This document shows, in pieces, positions 51,004-64,000 of a stretch of 64,000 nt of DNA; the first letter of the stretch is position 1; every line of letters starts with the position of its first letter. The notes under the pieces are model-generated. The model made no database searches. It saw only the letters and a list, made by a program, of their open reading frames with translations, and was not told the origin of the DNA. This DNA comes from Chara braunii (lineage: Eukaryota > Plantae > Charophyceae), in NCBI GenBank assembly GCA_003427395.1, contig BFEA01000026.1, positions 1,562,295-1,626,294 of the forward strand, in the 5' to 3' direction. A program made the position numbers and the translations under genes.

Positions 51004-54000
51004 TTTGCTGTGTTTTTTTTTTAATGTTTCGACTCGCTTGAGAGTGAAATTCTTAATTTGTCGTGTTTCCCTATTATCTTGAATTCGATATCTGATTCGA
51101 TATTAGAGTTTATCTGTTTGGGGGATCTTCAAAAAGTAGGTCATAATGAAGTCTCAGGCTGCGATACTGTAGGATTTGGGCTCATAGGTGCTGATTGAAC
51201 TCGCTCCTTCAGGGTTGAGCCCCACCCTGCGAGGGTTATACAAGGTGGGAGGTGTGATCCTTGAGAGGGTAGGGGTGGTTTGTGGGTTTGTTCTCTTTTG
51301 GGCCATGCTGATTTGGGTTGGATCAGCTAAGGCGGTTGGGAGAGAGGACAAAGGGTCGATGCTGGCTTCAGCAAGGTGAGAGGTTTGCGAGGTGTTTCAC
51401 TTGGAGGGGGTGGGACATGAGGGAAGGGTGATCTTCGGCTCTGCGGGGGCAAACTCTTGGAGGTATTGTATGCTGTTGAGGGAGCAGGAGGGATTTAGGG
51501 GGCTGCTCTGTACTGCGGCTGGAAGGTGAGGGGGCACCTTCCAGCGGAGGCAGTGAAAGGGCAGGAGGTCGTTTTGTGGTGGGGGGGGGGAGTAAGCCGC
51601 TCGGTTCTTGTGAGCCTTTACCTTCAACGAAGACGGGAATAGGCGTAGGAATTTCCATGGGGAGAGAAGAAGTTCACTTCAATCCTCTTTTCTTGTGGGA
51701 TGAATATGCCTTATATGACTGTTTGGTTTTCATAACCTTTGATTACTGAGTTGCTTGCCTACGTTTTATGAGCCAGGTGTTTCGAGGAGGTGTGGTGCTG
51801 CACTTATTAGGGTGAGGGTGTACACCTGATTTCTATCATTTCTCCTCTTGCGAATGTGTCGAGGAAGGTGTGTTGTTGTGGCTGCTATTCTCATCCCGCG
51901 AACTATGTGGTGGAGGAGGTCGGCTCATCGAGGGATGAAGAACAGTAGAGGGTTGAAGGGAAGTTCGTTCTCTTGATTGTTGCTGGCTCGTAAAATTTAC
52001 TCAAAAGTTTTTTTGGCGGACTACTTCTATTTTTCTTCTTCGAACTATGTGGTGGAGGAGGTCGGCTCGTCGAAGAAAGACGAATAGTTGAAGTCTGTTT
52101 CATCAAAAAAAAAAAAAATGGCTGATTGGGTTTTAAAAATGTTTTTGGACTCTGGGATCCTAGCAACTCTTCTTAGGTGGTTTCAATGCTTTTTTACTCA
52201 GTGACCTGCGGCTGTTCGATGCCAGAACGATGCTGGCCGGTGCTGGGGTGTTGCCTTGTAACCTGTTGATGCAGGAGCATGAGGCCTGGTAGAGAGATCT
52301 GGGGATGCTTTGGGGTGGGCATCCCATGGGACAACTAAGGGTTGCTGCTGGGACGACGCTGGTCGGAGCTGGGGTGAGTTGTGTTGCCCTGTAACCCAGC
52401 AGGATGTGGTGGTGTGAGACCTGGAAGAGCTCGGCAGGGAGTACGACAATGTTGGAGTGCTTCGGAAAGGTTTGTCAGGGATTTCAAGGGTTTTTGAGCA
52501 ATTGTAGGACCTATGAGGTCTATTCCCATGTTTTTCGTACTGCTCAGACATTTTCTCATGAGACCAAGGTGAGTTGGAGAAGGAGAAGGTGGGATATTAC
52601 GGGTCCTACTAGTAAGGGAGCTAGCTGGTAGGACGGGAATAGGGTACAGCAGGAGTGGAGATGGTGGCTCTGCTGCAGTGCCGGAGTGGGTACAGGGGAC
52701 GGATTGGGGGTGTTTGAGTCTTTTGGGTGAGTGGGAGAAATAGATGGTGGGATATCAAGCGTCCTACTAGTGCGGGGGCTAGCTGGTAGGATGGAAATAG
52801 GGTACAGCAGCAACGAAGATGGTGGCTCTGTTGCAGTAAGTCTTGTCGGAGTGAGGTAAAAGGGGATTGATGGGGGGCTCCTGAGTTGTTTTCTGAATTT
52901 TATCCAATTCTGAAGTTTGTCGTACTAATTTCTTAAGTAGCTCCAATTTTCCTTAGCCTAAGCCGGGTAATGGCCCCGGTATCTCAAATTTTCAAAATTC
53001 GATGTAAATCTCCATATGGGATGCTGGGCCCGGTTCCCAGCATGTGCTGCTCCCCACGAATAGATTGGAGCCTTGTTTCCGGAAAAAAAAAAANNNNNNN
53101 NNNNNNNNNNNNAAGCAGCATCCTCTTTTTTTTTTTTTTAACAATCCTCCTCCCAGACTGACAATAACTAATACACACCTGGATCTGCTCCCCCCCTCCC
53201 AATGCCGCCCCTCATGGACCTCTCCAAACCCTCCCACAAGCCCTCCCTCAACCCTACCCTGCTGTCCTCCTTCCCCGTCCACACCCGCTCCCCATTCTCT
53301 TTGCAGAAGGCCGGTCACGCAGGGACTTCCTACTGGAGGAGCAGCAGAAGGGATTACACACCAGAGACAGAAGATGAAGTCACCACCCACGCCCGGACAA
53401 CGGACCCAGACCACACCGGGATGAGCTTTAGATGGCAATATACATTGGTTCACGGACAAAAGACTGCTCCCCACAGCCGGAAGGTTGACACAACAATGGA
53501 GATATAGTTTAGAAGTGATAACAGATTGATAAGACAATGACAATTCAATGACACAATGTTATGGGTATTTGGGAGGGAGGGAACAGGGGGTAGCGGAAGC
53601 CACCCCACATTGACGAGTGGGTTTTCGGGAGGGTGGGAACATGGGGCGGCCAAGGCTGCTCCACACTGACACAATACACTCCACACTGTCAAAACACCGC
53701 ACAAGACTACAGCCCAGGCAATATGAGGAAGGACGACCACTAGGGTTTAAGGGTTTAACAGAACAGACACAACAGCATGATGCAACAAACAGATAGATAG
53801 TAATTGACGGTCAATAGGTTACAACAACAACATTATAATTCATAACTCGTAGGAAGAGAAGCCTGGGCTGCTCACCGCCCGGACCCCTCATGGATACTGA
53901 CATTTCATGCTCACAGATATTGTTTACATTGTACTCCACATGGACGCTGGACCCGATTTCCAGCAGGTGCTGCTCCCCACCAATAGATGGAGCCTCCCCG

Positions 54001-54089
54001 ACAGTGCTAGTGGTGCCTGCTCTTATCAGCAGCGCTAGCAGCCGCTCGGGCAGTTTCTTTATTTAAAAAAAAAAAAAAAAGGATAGTCA

Positions 54090-54540
54090 CCTAGACAGTC
54101 AGAACATATTCTCTTTGAGACCCCCATCACTGAAAGTGGGGCAGTGTCCTGTCAGCAGTGCTCTCCCATCCCATGGCCATAGCGAGCCTGAGTCTGTCTG
54201 CTGCCATGTTCTGCCGCACTAGCACCATGTCAGCACTGTGGTGGGGTACTGTAGGAATATATGTTCTATGGTTTCAGCCTTTTCTGACGCAAGAAGCTTT
54301 TCAGGCATCATTTGCACCATGGGAGTGCCCTCCCCTGCTGTTCCAGCCTCGTGTGGTCTATCAACCAATCGTTGGTGGGGAGGCAATGATGGGCAATCTG
54401 GTTTCCCAGTCCCACTCCCCGGGGACCTTTCTGGGGCAGTAAAGGTCATGTGCTTGGACCTGCCAGGATGCTAGTCGCCGCCTCAATCCCCTACGATGCA
54501 ACCATCTCCTTCAACTCCGCATTGCCCAAGCCATCCCCCT
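54090..54540 (-). pseudogene. Degenerate LINE C-terminal (zf-RVT) fragment
   Basis: AETIEHIFLQYPTTVLTW resembles the ETxxHxFxxCP motif; heavily disrupted. Confidence 0.5.
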
Positions 54541-56310
54541 CCCCCACCCCCCCCNNNNNNNNNNNNNNNNNNNNNNNNNNNNNNNNNNNNNNNNNNNNNN
54601 NNNNNNNNNNNNNNNNNNNNNNNNNNNNNNNNNNNNNNNNNNNNNNNNNNNNNNNNNNNNNNNNNNNNNNNNNNNNNNNNNNNNNNNNNNNNNNNNNNNN
54701 NNNNNNNNNNNNNNNNNNNNNNNNNNNNNNNNNNNNNNNNNNNNNNNNNNNNNNNNNNNNNNNNNNNNNNNNNNNNNNNNNNNNNNNNNNNNNNNNNNNN
54801 NNNNNNNNNNNNNNNNNNNNNNNNNNNNNNNNNNNNNNNNNNNNNNNNNNNNNNNNNNNNNNNNNNNNNNNNNNNNNNNNNNNNNNNNNNNNNNNNNNNN
54901 NNNNNNNNNNNNNNNNNNNNNNNNNNNNNNNNNNNNNNNNNNNNNNNNNNNNNNNNNNNNNNNNNNNNNNNNNNNNNNNNNNNNNNNNNNNNNNNNNNNN
55001 NNNNNNNNNNNNNNNNNNNNNNNNNNNNNNNNNNNNNNNNNNNNNNNNNNNNNNNNNNNNNNNNNNNNNNNNNNNNNNNNNNNNNNNNNNNNNNNNNNNN
55101 NNNNNNNNNNNNNNNNNNNNNNNNNNNNNNNNNNNNNNNNNNNNNNNNNNNNNNNNNNNNNNNNNNNNNNNNNNNNNNNNNNNNNNNNNNNNNNNNNNNN
55201 NNNNNNNNNNNNNNNNNNNNNNNNNNNNNNNNNNNNNNNNNNNNNNNNNNNNNNNNNNNNNNNNNNNNNNNNNNNNNNNNNNNNNNNNNNNNNNNNNNNN
55301 NNNNNNNNNNNNNNNNNNNNNNNNNNNNNNNNNNNNNNNNNNNNNNNNNNNNNNNNNNNNNNNNNNNNNNNNNNNNNNNNNNNNNNNNNNNNNNNNNNNN
55401 NNNNNNNNNNNNNNNNNNNNNNNNNNNNNNNNNNNNNTTTTTAATAACCGGGAACATTCTGAAAGATAGGCCATCTGCTTTTGTCCAATGGTTCAGTGCT
55501 CAATTAGTCTGTCTTCCAGCTGCACCAGGTGCACCCGTCCCACATGAATCATTGGGGAAATCTCGCAAATGCATCAACTTTGGACCCTTTTTGAGGGTCG
55601 GGTATTGTGTGAGAGGAAAGCTGTCAATCAGGGCCACGTTTGACACCACCTGAAACTACGGGTTTGTAAGGGTAGCGTCGTTCCACCCCTTCCTAATCAC
55701 CATGCAACTCAAGTTGGAGACGTTTGACATACGCGGCTGTAAGGGTGGCCCTACAAATGTAAGTGTGCCCCAGGCAAAACTGTCGTTAATACGATAATAA
55801 GGGTGGCCTTGGAGGTCACTTGAAAATGAGGGGTGGCACACTTACATCCAGTGGCACGTGAAAAAGAGGGATTTTTTGTTTTTTTCCCCGCAGGTGTTTC
55901 ACTGCCGTTCCTGGTCCAATGGCAGCATTGTCCGGTGCAGCTCGGGACAGCGGTCCCACGGGTAGCTTCAATGGCCATGTGGTACCGCCGTCCCAGGCAC
56001 TGCCCACTCCTACCCACTACTCCCCTCCATCCGTTGAATTGGCTGTTGGAGGTAAGCTTTCTAAGGCGGTGGGTGGAGGCGGGATGATTGTGCGTTCACG
56101 CTTCGAATATTTCAAACGTGCATTTTCAAACGTTCGTCCAACGGAGAGCTTCCACGCCGCCGCCTCCAATTTTTGGAAGTCGTTGGAGGGCGGCTGGCGG
56201 ACACATGTTGCCAGACTGCAGTGTGAATTTGCACGGATGGTCTTGAGCACGTTGTCATGTACGAAACATCCAATTCCAATCCTGCTGTGCTATCCTGTAT
56301 GAAAGACTCT

Positions 56311-56462
56311 TAGTTATAAATGCACTATAGTATGGGCCAAGATACAGTTCGCAATTGCAGTTCGGGCAATGTATACAACCTAGCTTTCTGGCCAGGTAGT
56401 GTGCCCAAAGTGCAATTGCGAACTGTATCTTGCCCCATAGGGCCATAGTGCAATTATAACTC
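56311..56462. mobile_element. ~150-bp foldback MITE
   Basis: ~55-bp inverted arms (AGTTATAA.TGCACTAT...CAAGATACAGTTCGCAATTGCA). A half copy lies at 45370-45452. Confidence 0.75.
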
Positions 56463-58140
56463 TTTTTTTTTTTTTTTTTTTTTTTTGCTGGAAACCGGGT
56501 CCAGCGTCCCATTGATACATCTTTGCTGAGAAACAGGCTCAGGCTCAGCCTCCTTTAGAAGTACACAGGTGAAAGTAAGAAAAGACATGATCATGCGACA
56601 GTCCGGGAAAGACCCCGTTGCTGGAAACCAGGTCCACAAGCGTCCTGCCCCTCTCCTGACATGCGGCCGAAAGACTCGCATGGCATATTTTGCGTCCATT
56701 CATTACCACACTAGCGGAGTCCCCATGGACAGTGGGGCTCTGCTCTGAGCATAAGTGACAGAATGAGCTTTTCTAGTGAAATGTGGCTTTAACCTACAGT
56801 CAATCTGAGGAAGTCCCCTTTTTTCCCCCACCAATGGAGCTTTCAAATTTTAATTCAATCCAGTGGTATATCTCAGTTGGTTAGGCAGACAAGTGACAAG
56901 TGGCGTTCAGGACTCAGGAGGTTGTGGGCTCAATCTCCACGGTCGTAATGCCAACCAGCTGTGATAGTTCGCTTGAAACTTCTGATGGTTAGAGGTAGAG
57001 TCTTTGGCCAACACCGGTGTGAGTGTGAGTGGGTTGGGTGTGGTGTGTGGGAGAGTGCCGGCCTTGGACACTGCTGCGATTTGACTGGGGGCGGGGGACC
57101 ACGAAAAGGCACACCCAGCTAATTGCAAAATGCTCATTCTCTGCCTGAGCCGGACCTCCACTGGCAACCCCACCCTACTCCCTGACTTCCACTGGCAACC
57201 CCACCCTACTCCCTGACTTCCACTTCAGGGCATGGGACAACATGCAATCCCTTCATTGTGTGAGGTACCTATGTTCGCACGGGTGCCCTTATACCCTTGG
57301 GAGGAGTAGTAGGTAGGTAGTGAAATGAGAAAAAGGAACTTGAGAGAAGAATATAGTGTAGTTAAATAACAATAATAATTCAAGTCCTAAGATAATGAGA
57401 TTGAGGCCAGAAACCTTGCAAACAAGTTGAAACAACCCATTACTGGCGGGAGGTCCCACCAGCAAAGAGGATTGGATTAAGCGCCTGAATCTGGATGTGT
57501 TTTCCATTGTTTTTAAGTTTTTAACTTAATTTATTTATTTTGAAAAGCTCGGCGGTCTTGAAATCGTACATTGAGGGCCCCCCCATGAAATGAGAGTGGT
57601 GTTTCTTTTGGCAGGGGAAAAAAGAAAAACAAATCGTACATTGTTAGGATGGTCGATTTGCACTTTTTGTGCATGTATGCTCTGGGGCATGTGACCCTTT
57701 TTCCCTTTTCAGAATTGGCACCCTAAAAAGGGCGATTTGCACTAGGCACTAGTGCATGTGACTCTTTTTACCCTTTACAGCGTTCTCACCCTAAAAAGGG
57801 GGATTTCCACTAATCAAGCCACGTGCTACCTGGCAGCTAATAAATGGAAGTCCCTCTTAAATCCAGAATTTGAACACTCGTCATCCTATGCACACCACGC
57901 ACCCAGGCACCCATGCTGGTTCTGCTGCACTAGTGTCCTCTCTTCTTTTCTTTTTGTCTTTTTTTTCTCTTTTGAAAGAGCATCCCCCCCGAGTATGCCC
58001 CTGATGTGAAGGGTCCATTTATTGGTGGGAGAAGCACCTGCTGGAAACCGAGTCCAGCATCCCAGTAACATGTGATCGGCTGTGCCAAAAAAGAGGAGAG
58101 AGAGAGAGGAGAGAGAAAAGACAGCTGGTCTTCTCCTTCT

Positions 58141-58221
<81 letters not shown>

Positions 58222-58345
58222 NNNNNNNNNNNNNNNNNNNNNNNNNNNNNNNNNNNNNNNNNNNNNNNNNNNNNNNNNNNNNNNNNNNNNNNNNNNNNNN
58301 NNNNNNNNNNNNNNNNNNNNNNNNNNNNNNNNNCACACATGCGTG

Positions 58346-58407
<62 letters not shown>

Positions 58408-58655
58408 CACACACACAAACATACGCACACACACACACACACACAAGGGGCAAGCTGTGTTCGTGTGTTTGGCGTGCGAGCTACTCTGTACATGTGGGCA
58501 TGACACAGTATCTTAGAGAGATAGAGAAGCTGTGGATTTTCTCTGTACGCGTGCCCGTTTGTGTGAGCTCCTCTGTGTGTCTACGTGTGCGTTGTCTGTG
58601 TCACAGTGTGTGTGTTCTATGTGTGTTTTCTTTTCAGAGTGTGTGTGTGTGTGTG

Positions 58656-58718
<63 letters not shown>

Positions 58719-58722
58719 GCGT

Positions 58723-58765
<43 letters not shown>

Positions 58766-59187
58766 TTCACCAGAACATCCCCTGTTCCACCCAGATGAGC
58801 AGATCCAAAATCGCAACAACTTCACCTCTATTGTCGACGATGAAGCATGCTTGAGATGAATCAATCGACCACGGAAACAGTGTTGCCTCCATAATCAGCA
58901 CGCAGCATAAAAACATTACCTTTATGCAAGTAATGCCTACATGAGCAGATCCAAAGTCGTAGGAACCTGACCTTCATGCAAACAATGCAGCACACTTGAG
59001 AGGGGCCTACCCAACAATGAGACAGTTAGCAATATGAAACACAACAGATCAATTATGTCGTTTTCCTGACTATATTCACCGTTATTATCGTTGGGAGACC
59101 TCCCAGTTTATTCGTTCTTACAACACCCCTGTTCGTGTGTCTGCTTTGTCATATTCTCTATACAGTCAAAAAAAGCATGACTGTGCC

Positions 59188-59242
59188 AGTCTGTTTCGTT
59201 TCACTTGCACTCACTCATCAGGAGGTTGAACCTCGGCAGTCT
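59188..59242 (-). ncRNA. Degenerate hammerhead-like motif
   Basis: CUGAUGA-GU...AC-GAAACAGACUGGCACAG. Same family as 60008-60047, but with a weak stem II and a mutated cleavage triplet. Confidence 0.45.
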
Positions 59243-59330
59243 TCTCCAAATGAATTTGACTGATGGATAAGGACTCACCACATCGCCCAGAGTTAGCAAT
59301 ACCCATTCCTGAGAGAGAAAAGTGGTCTAC

Positions 59331-59378
<48 letters not shown>

Positions 59379-59524
59379 GGTGGGTGTGCGTCCTGAACTT
59401 TTCAGATCCATCTGGTCCTCCTTCTGACAAGAATTATGGATGGGAAATACCTGAAGGTAGGCAGCATGAGCGTGTGCTGCAATCAATATATATGACACTT
59501 GCAACTTGCAAGGAAGGGTTTTTT

Positions 59525-59555
<31 letters not shown>

Positions 59556-59847
59556 ATGAATATTGACAAGATTCAAGACTGGGTAAAGAGAAATCCAGAT
59601 GCATCATGAGTTTTTGGTCAGAGGCTGCACTTGCAAGAAAGGTATACCGGCAAGAAAGGAGAGCCACCGACAGGAACACGTGACTGTCACAAAGGATTAT
59701 GCAATAGAGGCCGGGGACTGGTCTGCGTTCGTCTGCCATGACAGCAGGGCAGAGCAGCCCACGGGAGACCACCTTTGCAGATTTACCCGCTGGGTCAGCC
59801 ACTATATTCAGTGGAAGCTTTTTTTTGTTTGTTTTTTTGCAGTGGAA

Positions 59848-60017
59848 GATATATATATCGTCACAAACAGAACTGCCCGGTAAACCGTAGGCAGAGAGAG
59901 AGAAGAGGACAACAAACGAGGGGCTGTGACAAATATATATATATCACAAACAGAACTGCCCGGTAAAACCGTAGGCAGAGAGAGAGAAGAGGACAACAAA
60001 CGAGGGGCTGTGACAAA
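59848..60017. repeat. ~86-bp tandem duplication adjoining a hammerhead motif
   Basis: TCACAAACAGAACTGCCCGGTAAA.CCGTAGGCAGAGAGAGAGAAGAGGACAACAAACGAGGGGCTGTGACAAA occurs twice, separated by (TA)n. Confidence 0.9.
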
Positions 60018-60047
60018 CTGTTTCGTCGGAGTTTCACCGACTCATCA
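60008..60047 (-). ncRNA. 5'-truncated type-I hammerhead ribozyme
   Basis: UGAUGA-GUCGG(UGAAACU)CCGAC-GAA-ACA(GUU)UGU-C-ACAG. Perfect stem II, GUC triplet. The first core C and stem I 5' strand are replaced by (TA)n. Confidence 0.7.
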
Positions 60048-63000
60048 TATATATATATAGTTTTAACTAACCTAGATTGTTCTCTCAATTTCACCTTCCA
60101 CTATCTACCTACTACTCCTACTACTCCTACTACTCCTAAGCCTATACAGGGGACCCCTGCAAGCATAGGCAGTGGAAGAGAATTGAAAAGCTATGCGAAA
60201 AAGAAAAGAAATACAGAGGAATGAGCATGCACAACACAGAATGCAAAATGGAGAATGCAAAATGCCCCCCCCAAAAAAGGATTTTTAATCAAAATTTTGA
60301 AATTTATCTTTATATTCAAACTTCAAATTTCATTAAAAAAAAAAAAAAGGATTACCCAGGGCTTACTTTTTTTTTTCCTTTTCTTATCAGGGCCCAGTGC
60401 CCAAGGCAAAGTACATAAGCAGAATGTAAAGAAGGGACAGTCAGATAATCCTACCCTACTGAGGGCTCAGACCCCCGCCCGTCTACTCAAGTGTCACACT
60501 GTGATGGTACGCAGGTGGACAGAGGACAGAGAGCCCCTGATAGCAAGAAGCTCTCCCAAATTATCAGCAGATTCTCAATCCACCTAAGCCAGGTATTTGT
60601 CTGCATAACCTCAGTCCCTATTTACAAAAATGCCAGGCAGGCCCTTATAGAGAAAAGGGCCAAAAGACAAAGTATCAGTGGCTTTAATATCTACTTTTAC
60701 CAACGTAGGGTGCCAGGCCCATCGAGCTTGAAGCCACGGAACTGCAGCAGCACTGCTCAAGGCACCGACGCCTACGTTTCTTTGACGCCTACCTTTCTTT
60801 GACGCCTACCTTTCTTCGACCATCTATCTGTATCAGCTGTTGCAGATGTGCGCGAACCTGAACCTGAGCCATGAAAGTCATCAGACCTGAGGATTCATTC
60901 CTCCACACCTTGTGATTGCTGTTGGTTGCTTTTTTTTCGAGAAAGAACCGGAGAGCTGATGCTAGGGGTGCCTGGGGTGGTGATAGGAGCAGGCCCCGGC
61001 AAGCAACCCCAGTGAGGATCCATCAAGTTATTGGTGGGGAGCAGCACCTGGTGGAAAGCCGGTACAGTGGGCATCTGAACATGGTAGTTGTTTTGCTTGA
61101 ACACAACTTGTCATGTCTAGCCTTCAACAGCACCCATAAAATTAATCGCCCTCATGGCTTCAAACAGGTAATATGTGTCCGGTGCAGACAAATCACAGAC
61201 CACAGAGGCTAAGAGGACAGCGGCATCAGACCGGCAGCTGAGGATGGCAATGGCCCAGCAAAAGGGTTGTCTTCAGCCCACAAACCCAAAACTCCACAGC
61301 CCCACGGAGCAGGTCGCCCACAAATGAGGCAAGTCCTCAATCCTGAGTCCCCGATCACAGCATTGACAAAAAGGCGAACCATCTTTTTTCTTTTTTCTTT
61401 TTTCTTTTTTTTCTTTCTTTTCACACGCCGCTTGTCTAATCTTTTTGGGGGGAAATTTTCAAAAAAACACAAAGCAATGATGATGGTGTGGTCACAAGCT
61501 ACACGATTGTTGTCAGGGGCCCAATTCCTTCGTGTGTTATGTCATTTAACAAATAATAATCAGGCTGAGGCCCGGGCCTCAGCCACATGGGCGAGTGCCG
61601 AAGGTGACTCTCATACGTCTAGAATCCAGCCTCTACAACAACCTGGGCTTCGAAAAAAAAAAAAAAAAAAAAAAAAGAGTCAGGCCATAGTAGGCTATAC
61701 GGAGGGCATAAGCACAGTACCATACTTTCCTAAATCCATCTGACTGCAATTACGGATGAACCTGAATGCACCCCCTGACTATAATCACGTCCAGAGCTTA
61801 GTATAAAAAGTCNNNNNNNNNNNNNNNNNNNNNNNNNNNNNNNNNNNNNNNNNNNNNNNNNNNNNNNNNNNNNNNNNNNNNNNNNNNNNNNNNNNNNNNN
61901 NNNNNNNNNNNNNNNNNNNNNNNNNNNNNNNNCAGAGTCAGGCCATCGTACGCCATACGGAGGGCATAAGCACAATACCATACTTTCCTAAATCCATCTG
62001 ACTGCAATTACGGATGAACCTGAATGCCACCCCTGACTATAATCATGTCCAGAACTTAGCAGAAAAAGTCCTAGTGTGAATACACCCTCACACTTAGTCT
62101 GGGAACTCGTCCATTGAACTGATTGCCATCAGGTGCATCCATGTGCCGCCGTATAAGTGGTCAGATTCATCCAGGAAAGTCCTCGTATGAGTATGCCCTC
62201 GATATGCACGAGGCTCGAGGTGGACGTTGAACCATGTGCGCTGCAGCTGTTCGTTATGTCTTCCTCTCCATCCTCTCCCTCCTCTCCATTGCTCTCCACT
62301 CCTCCCCTGCCTCCTTCCCTCCTTACCTCCTTCCCTTTCTCTCTGACTGTCAGACGTTCACCGCCTTTTTTTTCACTTTCTCTCGGCTTTGAAAGTGCAA
62401 TGCCCTCGGGGCTTCATCATAGAATTGACATGCCCCAGGTAACGCAGAGTTATATTTTATTCATCTGATTCCACCAGGATTCCAACACAGGTCTGTTTCT
62501 CAGCTGTCCATGGGTGTGCCATTAGGGTAAAGGTCACATGGGGCAGGGTTAGGGCCGTTAGGCTTTGACCAAGGCCTGGTCCACCATATCCAGCTGACCC
62601 TGGCGGCCCACGACCACCATGTTCCAGCTAATGCGGGCATGGGGGGTCTGGCCCAGGCATGCACATTTGTGGGCCATGGGCGTTGCCTGGTGTAGTGGAT
62701 AGACAATTTCTTTCTGCTGCTGTTTGCATTCAGTACCCTTGATATGTAACCAATTAACACTGTACATCTGGTCCTATGGAACAGGGTCTGGCGGGATGGC
62801 AGGGGGATGGGAGATCCTGCCTATGCCCTGAAGAAGGAAGAGGGTGAAGGTGGAGATCGTGGTGGAGAAGGAAGGTTGTCAAGCATGGAGGAGAGCACAC
62901 AGCACACACCTCACACCTCACACTCACACTGTACACGAGATAATCCCCATACTCAGAATGAATGAAAAGGACAGCATGAGACTGCAGCTGGGGTATACCT

Positions 63001-64000
63001 CCAGTGAACGCACTGGACTGGATACAGGGAAAATTGCATCTGTAGATTCTGTATCCCATTTAAAGATAGGAATACCCGCTTTACCCAGTCCCAGCGCCCA
63101 ACGTGCATCCAGACCCGGGAAACAGCCAGTACAAATTATTTGCATACCCAACACTGAGGTGGACCCAGGTTTTTTTTTTTTTTCCCCTTTCTTTCTTTCT
63201 TTTCAATAACAGGCTAGACTAGGTCTATTAGGGGAGGTGATATGAGCAGCCTCCCCACGTAAGCCTGTTGCTAGCCGCTCCGTCTATTGGTGGGGAGCAT
63301 CACCTGCTGGAAATCGGCTCCAGCGTCCCTTGAGTATATGTAGTGAGTCTGCGAGAGTGTGAATGCCACATGGCCATAGTTGGCTGAGCTATTGTAAAAC
63401 TCTTGACGGCTCTGGAGTGCTCTAGAATGCTTCTGCACCTCTTCACCCTTCTGCCCGGCAGCAGGTATGTACTAAGAAATGCAAGTGCAATACATTCTAG
63501 GCAGGGAAGCAAACAAACTTCTGCCCTCTGCATTCATTGCATTGCTGCTATCAGCCGAGTTGGAAGTAAACAGACTCTCTTTTTTGTATGCCTCCAATTA
63601 TGGGCTCGTGGTGTCTGCTCCGTTCTTGCTGTATCTGTGCCCTGTGTATTCTGGGGACGGGAGATGTAGGCTTAAAGCACCAGTACACCACATATTTGCC
63701 TGCGGTGTGATGCCCAACCTCACGCCCAGCGCGACTTCCTGATCGGAGTGGAGTGTAGGCCTGGAAGTGCGAAAAGGGGTGTGCCAAGGATTTTTGGGGG
63801 AAGTGGGGGAGTCTTAAGGATATGAATGCAATTAGGCGAGCGAGGGGTGCGCACGCAAGGGTCTCACAGTCCCAAGGAACCGGGACACTGTGGACAACGG
63901 GTTACGGGAAAATTCCTCCGTGGTGGAGGTGGTCCCGGAAAGTTAGGCCGCCAGGGGCCGCCACGTGGCGCAGGCCGCCGCGTATTTGGGTTGGGCCTTC

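Noticed and set aside
54450-55653. Long ORFs spanning N-runs or microsatellites (also 20230-20922, 23616-24388, 25618-26668, 35586-36505)
   Set aside because: Artefacts of assembly gaps and dinucleotide repeats.
61677-62070. ~135-bp direct repeat as an LTR pair
   Set aside because: The copies flank an assembly gap, lack TG..CA ends and a PBS, and may be a tandem duplication or haplotype overlap.

Overview
Eukaryotic, gap-rich, almost entirely repetitive DNA with no recognisable host protein-coding gene. It is probably from a green plant or streptophyte alga: the U6 and U2 sequences are plant-type and the element style resembles Chara, but the organism is an inference. The window is a stack of nested transposons: a truncated Ty3/Gypsy element (433-5266), an L1/Tx1 LINE tail, and two oppositely oriented PIF/Harbinger elements (from 7359 on +, from 40360 on -). 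A 15.3-kb hAT element (9096-24439, 8-bp TSD TGGTGCAA) splits the Myb/trihelix gene of the first Harbinger. The hAT transposase has a 7.6-kb intron holding two tandem degenerate U6 snRNA copies and a non-coding LTR element. That element's leader carries an array of 8 hairpins with a conserved loop and co-varying stems, which is the most unusual feature found. Also present are a chromovirus integrase/chromodomain fragment, a solo LTR, retroposed U2 and U6 copies with TSDs, three hammerhead-ribozyme-like motifs (one with an intact core, Penelope-like type), a SINE-like poly(A) repeat sharing its core with the LINE 3' UTR, MITEs and microsatellites. About 12 N-gaps limit boundary calls (e.g. 17258-17782, 20276-20900, 23697-24322, 54555-55437).
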